Shown in pieces: positions 56,301 through 64,000 of a DNA stretch of 64,000 bases. Both the position numbers and the translations under genes were made by a program. The DNA is from Candidatus Latescibacterota bacterium (GTDB lineage: Bacteria > Latescibacterota > UBA2968 > UBA8231), in the NCBI GenBank assembly GCA_965248355.1, contig OZ252098.1:3680001-3744000 (forward strand), in the 5' to 3' direction. A model generated the notes under the pieces. It saw nothing but the letters and a program-made list of their open reading frames with translations. It did not search any database and was not told the origin of the DNA. Position 1 is the first letter of the stretch; the number at the start of each line of letters is the position of its first letter.

Positions 56301-56633
56301 CCGGCGCAGTGCCTCCGCCAGTCCGGCCGCGGCTGCCGGTGTCGGGGGCCGGATGCCGTCGGCCGCCGGCCCCGCAAGCATCGCCTCCATGAGCCATCGG
56401 CGCCCCTCCTGGTCGAGGCGCCGGACAGGGGCCGCCGGCTGCGCCGGCCGGATGCGTTCGAGGGCGTGCTGCACGGGAGTGGCGACGCGCAGGTTGGTCC
56501 AGGAACGTCCGTAGCGCGCCAGGGCGCCGGTCAGGTTGTACCCGGCCCTCGAGGCGGACACGAAGAGGATTTTGGTCTGCAGGGGGTGGTCGCGGCACAG
56601 CTCGTCGAGCTGCCGCAGTGGATAGGGGAGCAT
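53346..56633 (-). CDS. addB: AddB/RexB-like protein: inactive helicase fold plus Fe-S PD-(D/E)XK nuclease
   Basis: Motifs ACPRRY, GELLH, RGRMDRVD, DYKTG, LQWALY and CRFCDYRRIC. Overlaps the addA start (ATGA). TAGACT 6 nt before the ATG suggests a leaderless mRNA. Confidence 0.87.
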   Translation of the reverse strand: MLPYPLRQLDELCRDHPLQTKILFVSASRAGYNLTGALARYGRSWTNLRVATPVQHALERIRPAQPAAPVRRLDQEGRRWLMEAMLAGPAADGIRPPTPAAAAGLAEALRRTIGDLRAAETTPEQVDQAAPEPSFAGLGSLYAAYCRELLAQDWWDDARILVTAIDAVETGDAHPPAVWMITDETEMPPLALRYVLAVSEDRLHRIGRDSYGVPAPAYSAAVRCAAAPVPGKKGATASRTMPRPAASRVPGRAVPVGAPHVQGDLFLDHLRTREERSAPAGRPGPPSPPWKGVVEVAPGGRLFTEGLRPADRERIRLWRTIGMETEIRAVVRDVVARGIPLDEVEIAYTRGDPYRFLLFDAVERWELQADFAAGVPVERTRPGRALTAFLAWIRDGLDGLDLARSLRCGDLGWEDPEASPSAVGHLLLAGRVGRGPQAAAEALDRVEGGEPDPADHEPREAAAVERRPARLGRARLHLKRLHAWLPRGPCSLASMAGSAGEFLKGPNLTRRDVASDGDRLAREVMAKRLREMSRGPELTGSPAEQAGRLLEFMRRLSVDGGRASPGRLHVAPLDRAGYACRRHLYVIGLDEAHFPGSRSGDPMLSDESRRALGLPAERSRAGDAVFQLIRVLGAAPGEVTLVASSLHLADGREPYPTPLFGLAARQLEVEPCWKWPLPAQPEAAGADDLEVVLSHRGRPGYREAVASSYGEAERGARVQEARAGSAPSRFDGWIDAPGEQALDLQGERVLSSRMLETLAACPRRYLLRDVLRVRVLGEPGRDSRRWLQPLEMGELLHDLFLEYMQRLGDRRERPSVEHEEEVARLVAEAIDRWRQRIPAPLEAAFRNDRRRIERASRIFLLAEAQRMEREPALTPRHLEWDFGGREGVEVSLSPEVAFRLRGRMDRVDQVEGGGRYEIWDYKTGSTWGYDSTDLLAGGRNLQWALYALALPLLEAGEVRRSGYFFASDRGSGQRFAEGPPEAGRVASLLGPLFGLAREGFFPALHKGDKRGGGPCRFCDYRRICASEARGEDHAGDQTEAAAQATALVEGWAEAVSTGRPQSRRALEAQLATLGLEPGDVVPVEAVSVAADWMKA

Positions 56634-56691
56634 GTCCCGAGTCTACGAAACCGGCCCGGACCCCGTCCCGAGGGACGGAACGGAGGGGTGC

Positions 56692-58044
56692 TCAGTCCGG
56701 GAAGAACTCGGCGTACAGGGATCGCACGGCGGCTTCCACGTCCTCCTCCTTGACGCCGAACATCATGCTCACCTCGCTCGATCCCTGGTTGATCATCTCC
56801 AGGTTGACGCGGCCTCGGGCGAAGGCCTCGGTGGCCCGCGCCGCCAATCCGACGGTGTGGCGCATGCCCTCGCCGACGACCATCACCAGGGCCAGGCCGC
56901 GTTCCACCGAGACTTCATCGGCCAGCAGATCGGTGCGCACGCGGCGCAGGACGCGCTCCTCGGTGGCGGGATCGAAGTACTCCTGGCGGACGATGACGGA
57001 CAGGTTGTCGATCCCGGAGGGCGTGTGCTCGTAGGGGATGGCCTCGTCCTCGAAGACCTCCAGGAGCCGCCGGCCGAAGCCGACCTCGCGGTTCATCAGG
57101 TAGCGGCTGACGTACACCGTGCAGAAGCCACCGGTGGCCGCGATCCCGACGACGGGCGTCCCCTCCGCCTGCCGGCTGGGCAGGATGCGCGTACCCGGGG
57201 AGTCGGGCTTGTTTGCATTCTTCACCGCCACCGGGATGCCGGCGTGGAACACCGGCTCCAGGGCCTCGTCGTGAAAGACCGAGAACCCGGCGTAAGACAG
57301 CTCCCGCATCTCGCGGTAGGTGATCTCGCCGACCGGCTTCGGGTTGGCGATCAGCTTCGGGCTGGCGGCGAAGACCGAGTCCACGTCGGTGAAGTTCTCG
57401 TAGAGGTCGGCGCCCACGGCAGCGGCCAGAACAGCGCCGGTGATGTCGGATCCGCCGCGCGGAAAGGTGACCACACGGCCGGCCTCGCTGTAGCCGTAGA
57501 ACCCGGGGAAGACCGTGATCCCCGGCCGCTCCCGCAATGCGCGCAGGTTGCCGTAGGACCGGCGCAGAACCCGGGCGTTGCCGGCTTCGTCGGACAGGAT
57601 CAGCCCCGCCTCACAAGGGTCGACGACATGGGCCTCGGTGCCGCGGCTGCGCAGGTACTCGGCCACCAGACGGGCGCAGTTGGACTCGCCGGCCGCCTTC
57701 ATCGAGTCGAGGTAGAGGCCCTCGTCCGCAATATCCGCGCCAAGCCGCTGGCGCAGGTCGCGCTCGATCCCCTGCAGACAGGAGGCCGGCAGGCCGAGAC
57801 CGCAAGCCAGGTCCGCGAACCGCGACAGGGCCTCCGCCAACTCCTCCTCCCCCGGCCGGTGGGTGAACCGCGCCTCGGAGGCCGCGATCAGCAGATCGGT
57901 GACCTTGGTGTCGGCGGTGTCCCGCTTTCCGGGAGCACTGACGACCACCAGCCGCCGCTCCCCGTCGGCGGCCAGGATATCGCCGACCTGGCGGATCTGC
58001 TCGGCCGTGGCCAGAGAGCTGCCGCCGAATTTGACGATCTTCAC
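56692..58044 (-). CDS. lysC: Aspartate kinase (Bacillus YclM/AKIII-like)
   Basis: Motifs VKFGGSSLA, VVVSAPG, TFPRGGSDITG, YENFTDVD and EHTPSGID, plus ACT domains. Confidence 0.93.
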   Translation of the reverse strand: MKIVKFGGSSLATAEQIRQVGDILAADGERRLVVVSAPGKRDTADTKVTDLLIAASEARFTHRPGEEELAEALSRFADLACGLGLPASCLQGIERDLRQRLGADIADEGLYLDSMKAAGESNCARLVAEYLRSRGTEAHVVDPCEAGLILSDEAGNARVLRRSYGNLRALRERPGITVFPGFYGYSEAGRVVTFPRGGSDITGAVLAAAVGADLYENFTDVDSVFAASPKLIANPKPVGEITYREMRELSYAGFSVFHDEALEPVFHAGIPVAVKNANKPDSPGTRILPSRQAEGTPVVGIAATGGFCTVYVSRYLMNREVGFGRRLLEVFEDEAIPYEHTPSGIDNLSVIVRQEYFDPATEERVLRRVRTDLLADEVSVERGLALVMVVGEGMRHTVGLAARATEAFARGRVNLEMINQGSSEVSMMFGVKEEDVEAAVRSLYAEFFPD

Positions 58045-58360
58045 AGGGCGCTCACGCTCGCAATTCCTCCGCCTGTCTAGAGGGATCTTCCATCCTCCTG
58101 GTGGGGATCATCGCGCCGGGAGGCCGGCCGAAGCGGCGCCGGAACAGGTGCTAGAAATGGACAGGTCATTGAAGCCGCAGCTGAGCGCGGCGATGATGGG
58201 GCTGCGTGGTCGAGGCAGACCGAATCCACCAGGCGCAGGCCGGCCGTCAGCGGACCTTCCCGGCGGCCGACAAAATCCCTGGGCCCCGGGGGGCCCCGCT
58301 GTCAGCACTGCCCGATTCGCCAAGATCGGATCTCCCAGTCGAACTGTAGGCCACCGCCGG

Positions 58361-59743
58361 TCACTCGTGCCGCCCCGCCTCTCCCTCAGCGGTCCAGCTG
58401 AGCGCCACCCGGCGCTGCCCCATGCGCTGGACCTGGCCCGCCTCGATCTCCGGGGCCCGTTCCCCGGCATCCACCATGCGACGTATCAGGCGATCCCGCA
58501 TCTCCTCGGCCACCGGGCGGTGCGCCTCTGACGAGATGAGGTTCGCCAGCTCGTAGGGATCGGCCTGCAGGTCGTAGAGGTACTGCTCGACGAAGCGCTC
58601 CGACCAGGGTCCGCGCTCCCCGGGCGCATCGACGCCGTACTTCCACCGCCAGGTGCGCACCGCCCGCCCGGTCTGGGCTTCGCTGATCTGTACGAACACC
58701 TCCTCGGGCCAGTCCGCATCTTGGCCTCGGCCTCCCAGCAGCGGCAGGATCGACCGGCCCTGCATGGCCTCGGGCACCTCCAGCCCGGCCGCGGCCAGTA
58801 GCGTGGGCGGCAGGTCGATGAGGCTCACCAGCTCCTGCACCTGGCCGCCACCGCGGAAACCCGGGCCCGAGAACACGGTGGGCACCCGGATGGAGCTGTC
58901 GTGACAGGAACGCTTGTACTCGGAGTTGCGGGTCCTGAAGTGGTTGCCGTGGTCGGAGGTGAACAGCACGATCGTCTCTTCGGCCAGGTTCAGGCTCTTC
59001 AGCGCGTCCTGCAGGCGGCCGTAGGCCTCGTCGAGGCGCTTCACCATGCCGTAGTACCCGCCCAGGTGCCGAGGCGCCGACCCGCCGAGGGCGGCCAGAT
59101 CGGGCGGCACCCAGCCGCCGGTGTAGCGCTCGCGGTAGCCGTCCGGCGCCGGGTAGTCGTCGAGATGGTTCTGGTGGTGCGGCTCGATGTAGGAGATGAA
59201 GACGAAGAATGGATCCTCCTGCCCAGCGCGTCCGTCGATGTAGCGAATCGCCGCATCTGTGACCGCGTCCACGCGGTACCCCGGCAGCTTCACCTCCTTG
59301 TCGTCGCCGTCGTACATCACCGTGTCGTAGGCGTCGGAGGTGAACTCCAGCACGTTGGACGCCAGCCAGTAGCGATAGCCGAAGCGTCTGCGGGCCGGTA
59401 CGGGCCCCACGATCTCGCGATCGTGGAGGTGCCACTTGCCGATGTAGGCCGTGTCGTACCCGGCCTCGCCGAAGTGGTGCGCCAGGGTGCGGCTGTGGTC
59501 GGGAAGGGGAATGGCGTTGCGGTAACAGCCCGTGGTGGTGGCGTAGAGACCGGTCTGCAGGCAGGAGCGTGCCGGGCCGCAGACCGGCTGGCAGGTGAAG
59601 GAGCGGGCCACGTGGGTGTGCGCCCGGCCGACGCGGTCGAGGTTTGGCGTCAGGTCCAGGGGGTTGCCGTGAAGGCCCGTGGTGTCCCACCGCTGCTGGT
59701 CGGTGAAGAACACGACGACGTTGGGACGGGCGGGGCTGGACAT
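58361..59743 (-). CDS. Formylglycine-dependent sulfatase
   Basis: Motifs RPNVVVFFTDQQR, CGPAR, GKWH, EPH and TSDHG. Confidence 0.92.
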   Translation of the reverse strand: MSSPARPNVVVFFTDQQRWDTTGLHGNPLDLTPNLDRVGRAHTHVARSFTCQPVCGPARSCLQTGLYATTTGCYRNAIPLPDHSRTLAHHFGEAGYDTAYIGKWHLHDREIVGPVPARRRFGYRYWLASNVLEFTSDAYDTVMYDGDDKEVKLPGYRVDAVTDAAIRYIDGRAGQEDPFFVFISYIEPHHQNHLDDYPAPDGYRERYTGGWVPPDLAALGGSAPRHLGGYYGMVKRLDEAYGRLQDALKSLNLAEETIVLFTSDHGNHFRTRNSEYKRSCHDSSIRVPTVFSGPGFRGGGQVQELVSLIDLPPTLLAAAGLEVPEAMQGRSILPLLGGRGQDADWPEEVFVQISEAQTGRAVRTWRWKYGVDAPGERGPWSERFVEQYLYDLQADPYELANLISSEAHRPVAEEMRDRLIRRMVDAGERAPEIEAGQVQRMGQRRVALSWTAEGEAGRHE

Positions 59744-59930
59744 CAGCCCATCTCCACCTTCAGCCCGCGACCCGGCCGCGCCTGTGCTCCGGCCACGAGC
59801 ACAGCAGGGTGCCCGGCTCGTCGTTGAGGACGTAGCCCGGGAACCGCCCCTGGAACTCGACCGACTCCATGCGCGGCAGACCCTCGTGGCCGGAGCCAGC
59901 CAGCTCCCGCTTGGAGTAGGGACGGCTCAC
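59743..59930 (-). pseudogene. Collapsed GH116 (non-lysosomal glucosylceramidase/beta-glucosidase)-like gene
   Basis: VSRPYSKREL | GSGHEGLPRMESVEFQGRFP | GYVLNDEPGTLLCSWP places together segments I recognise from the N- and C-terminal parts of bacterial GH116. The tail GRGLKVEMG* is in another frame and overlaps the sulfatase ATG (TGATG). Confidence 0.6.
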
Positions 59931-59934
59931 GGCA

Positions 59935-61323
<1,389 letters not shown>

Positions 61324-61344
61324 GGCCTCTGCGGCTCCCATCTC

Positions 61345-62661
61345 TCAGTAGTCCTCCAGTGTTGCGTCGGCTTCCCGCTGCAGGCGCCGCAGGGAGCTCT
61401 CCACGTCGGCGCCCTGGACCACCTGCACGACGGTGCTGCTGATCAGCCGGCGAACCGCCTGGTAGCCGGGCAGGGACGGCTCCGCCTTGCCGTACTCGAG
61501 CAACTGGTAGGCGCTGGCGTACCGGGGATTCTTCTCGAGGTACTCGGCCAGGAGCGGACGCGTGCTCTTGCGGACGGGGAAGTAGTTGCTCGCCTTCACC
61601 CAGCGGGCCTGCTGCGGGGGCTCGGTGAACCACTTCAGGAACAGCCAGGCTGCCAACTGGCGCTCCGGCGTCGTGCGGCACACGGAGACACTGGCGCCGT
61701 AGAAATTGACCACGGGTTCGGTCCCGGCTCGGGGTGGCGCGGTTACTCCCCAGTCGAACCCGGCGCCCGAGGCCACCCCTTCCTGTACAAAGGGCAGGCC
61801 GGAGGTCGACCGCAGCATGAACAGGGACTCGCCGACGTTGAAGGCCGTCTGATCGCCGTACGCCTCCCCCATCAACTCCACGGCTCCCTCGGCGGCCAGG
61901 TCCTGCATCAGCCGCAGGGAAGCGGTCATCTCCGGGGTGTCCAGTCTGTAGGAAGTGCCCTCCGGATCGAGGAAATCCCCCCCGCGGGAGAAGGTCATGG
62001 ACGCGGCACGGGATGCATCCTCGTCGAGGACAAACCCCAGGCTGCGCGTCTTCGCCGGACTTCCGCTGAATGGCTGATCCCTCGCCGCACGGCACAGATG
62101 GGCGAATTCCTCCCAGGTCGCCGGTGGTCCTCTGGCGTCGAGTTCGCGCAGCCAGTCGATGTTGTAGTACAGGACCTCGATCGAGCGGTTCGGCGGCAGG
62201 GCGATCTGCCGGCCCTCGATGTGGTCCTGCCTGAGGAAGGCCTGCACGTAGTCGGCCGATTCCGCCTCGCTCAACCCCCATCGCGGGGAAGTCATGTACA
62301 GAGTCAGGTCCACTATGCCGTCGGCCAGCAGGTACTCCCGTGCCTGATTCTGATAGGCCACCACGAGATCCGCCACGCTGCCGCCCTGCAGGCCCACGAC
62401 CATCTTGTTGTAGATGTCGCCGTAGCTCCCGGCGAACTCTCCGCGCACGCCGATGCCGTGCGGGTTCGTCCTGTTGAACTCCTCGATCATCTCCAGCAGC
62501 GCCTGCTCCCGGGCTCTCTGGTGTTGATACCAGAACACGACCTGCTGGCCCCGCGGGTCGAGCGATTCCAAGTCGACTGGCGGTAGCGGCCCTTCCCCGC
62601 CGCTGCCACACCCGGCGGCGAGCCCCGCCGCTGCCACCATCCACCCGACGGTCGGCCTCAT
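61345..62661 (-). CDS. Carbohydrate ABC transporter substrate-binding lipoprotein (UgpB-like)
   Basis: Lipobox LAAGC, then FNRTNP, LPPNRS..LYYN, PPATWEE and AAWLFLKW. Confidence 0.88.
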   Translation of the reverse strand: MRPTVGWMVAAAGLAAGCGSGGEGPLPPVDLESLDPRGQQVVFWYQHQRAREQALLEMIEEFNRTNPHGIGVRGEFAGSYGDIYNKMVVGLQGGSVADLVVAYQNQAREYLLADGIVDLTLYMTSPRWGLSEAESADYVQAFLRQDHIEGRQIALPPNRSIEVLYYNIDWLRELDARGPPATWEEFAHLCRAARDQPFSGSPAKTRSLGFVLDEDASRAASMTFSRGGDFLDPEGTSYRLDTPEMTASLRLMQDLAAEGAVELMGEAYGDQTAFNVGESLFMLRSTSGLPFVQEGVASGAGFDWGVTAPPRAGTEPVVNFYGASVSVCRTTPERQLAAWLFLKWFTEPPQQARWVKASNYFPVRKSTRPLLAEYLEKNPRYASAYQLLEYGKAEPSLPGYQAVRRLISSTVVQVVQGADVESSLRRLQREADATLEDY

Positions 62662-63461
62662 CCCTTCATCCCGGACATGGAGATCCCCTCCGTGAACTCC
62701 CTCTGAACCAGCCCGTACACCACCAACACCGGCACCGTGGCAATCACGGCGCCCGCCATCTGCAGATGGATCTCCGGGCCGGCTTCGGTGACGAATTTCT
62801 GCAGGCCCACGGCAATCGGCCGCCATGCCGGAGTATTGGTCACCAGCAGCGGCCATCCGAGGGCGTTCCAGGAGCCGATGAAGGCGAGCATCCCCACGGT
62901 CAGAAGGGGTGCCTTGCACAAAGGCAGCACGACCTGAAACAGAAAGCGCAGGTGGCCGGCGCCATCGATACGGGCCGAATCCCACAACTCGACCGGTATG
63001 CCGCGCATGAACTGTCGAAGCAGGAAGACGCTGAAGGCGCTCGTCATGAAAGGGATCGTCAGGCTGGGCCAATTGTTGAGCCAGGACACGGGGCCGACGC
63101 GGTGCAGCCACGACACGGTGAGGAAGTTCGGCACCATGGTCACCGTCTCCGGCACCATCAGTGTCGCCAGAACGGCGACGAAAATCGCCTCCCGACCGCG
63201 GAAGCGAATGCGGGCCAGGGGGTAGGCGGCCATCAACGAGAACAGCAGCGTGCCGCCGACCACCAGGACCGCGATTGTCAGGGAGTTGACGAAATATAGA
63301 CCGAAGTCCTCTTCACTCCAGGCTTCCGCGTAGTTGGCCCACTGCACCGATGCCGGCACCACCACGCGGCGCAGGGTCTCGCCGCGTGTCATGAACGACG
63401 ACAGGACCATCCACACGAAGGGGAAGGCGGCCAGCACGCCGGCCATGATCAGGCCGGCCAT
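62658..63461 (-). CDS. Carbohydrate ABC transporter permease (UgpE/MalG-like)
   Basis: Motifs PFVWMVLSS, EAA loop ELWDSARIDGA and WNALGWP. The start may instead be the CTG at 63512 overlapping the upstream TGA. Confidence 0.9.
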   Translation of the reverse strand: MAGLIMAGVLAAFPFVWMVLSSFMTRGETLRRVVVPASVQWANYAEAWSEEDFGLYFVNSLTIAVLVVGGTLLFSLMAAYPLARIRFRGREAIFVAVLATLMVPETVTMVPNFLTVSWLHRVGPVSWLNNWPSLTIPFMTSAFSVFLLRQFMRGIPVELWDSARIDGAGHLRFLFQVVLPLCKAPLLTVGMLAFIGSWNALGWPLLVTNTPAWRPIAVGLQKFVTEAGPEIHLQMAGAVIATVPVLVVYGLVQREFTEGISMSGMKG

Positions 63462-63508
63462 GGTCAAGGCGCCGGAGAGCCGACGGGAATGCCTGGTGGT
63501 GTTGGCGA

Positions 63509-64000
63509 TCAGATCTCTCCGTAGAAAACGCGACGACCGAACAGACGGTTCTGGAACAGCGTGAGGGCGAGGATGACGAGGAACAGGATGATGGCCAGGG
63601 TCGACGCATAGCCGGCACTGTGGAACTGGTATATCTGGTCGAAAATCAGAACGCTGACCACGTCGACCGTGTCCTGAGCTCCGGCGGTGCGCATGATGTA
63701 GATGTGGTTGAAGGCCTTGAAGGTGCCGATGACGGCGATCAGGCTGACGAAGAACAGGGCTGGCGACAGCAGGGGCAGGGTTACGTGGCGGAAGGTCTGC
63801 CAAGCGCTGGCGCCGTCGATTTCCGCTGCCTCGAAGTAGTGCCGGGGAATCGCGCTCAGACCCGCCAGCAGGATCACGGTGTCGTAGCCGATGTAGACCC
63901 ATACGTTGTACAGGCACACGCATACCAGGGCCAGACTGGGGAAGGCCCCTTCGAGCCAGCTCGGACAGGGGGCGCCCATGGCCTCCAGGAGCAGGACCGG
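63509..64000 (-). CDS. Carbohydrate ABC transporter permease (UgpA/MalF-like), 3' part, truncated by window edge
   Basis: Motifs LAGLSAIP..YFEAAEIDGA, HVTLPLLSP and GYASTLA. Confidence 0.9.
   Translation of the reverse strand, partial: PVLLLEAMGAPCPSWLEGAFPSLALVCVCLYNVWVYIGYDTVILLAGLSAIPRHYFEAAEIDGASAWQTFRHVTLPLLSPALFFVSLIAVIGTFKAFNHIYIMRTAGAQDTVDVVSVLIFDQIYQFHSAGYASTLAIILFLVILALTLFQNRLFGRRVFYGEI

Noticed and set aside
58045..58360. Lysine riboswitch before aspartate kinase
   Set aside because: The conserved L-box elements (AGAGGNGC start, AGUA, GCCGAA, CUGUC) were not found in order on the minus strand.

Overview
High-GC (roughly 70% by eye) bacterial chromosomal window with about 55 genes. 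I see no rRNA, tRNA, CRISPR array or transposase. Housekeeping and envelope genes include ubiX, an RsmB/RsmF methyltransferase, an M23 peptidase, mrp, a dksA-like gene, a tolC-like gene, csp, hemF, sui1/yciH, msrA, an RpoD-family sigma factor, purM, addAB, aspartate kinase, fumC and a sugar ABC transporter. A dense catabolic block (about 14-45 kb) holds 5 PhyH-family dioxygenases, 4 Gfo/Idh/MocA oxidoreductases, 3 amidohydrolases, 2 enolase-superfamily enzymes, 2 MlrC/M81 peptidases, a sulfatase and a CocE hydrolase. This repertoire resembles sponge-associated or marine FCB/Poribacteria-like bacteria (inference only). Four non-obvious signals stand out. (1) Several 'collapsed gene' skeletons sit in intergenic gaps and keep their start codon and stop/start overlap but have lost most of the interior (GH116, amidohydrolase, ABM, TIM-barrel, PIG-L, AAA). 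(2) A collinear ~180-nt 5' leader appears to be shared by csp and the sigma-factor gene. (3) A motif-variant Fic-wHTH gene is bracketed by 15-bp AT-rich inverted repeats that overlap its own promoter and the sigma gene upstream region. (4) Clamp-binding-like motifs occur in AddB and in the neighbouring PolB-type exonuclease. All family calls come from motif recognition by eye, without database searches.
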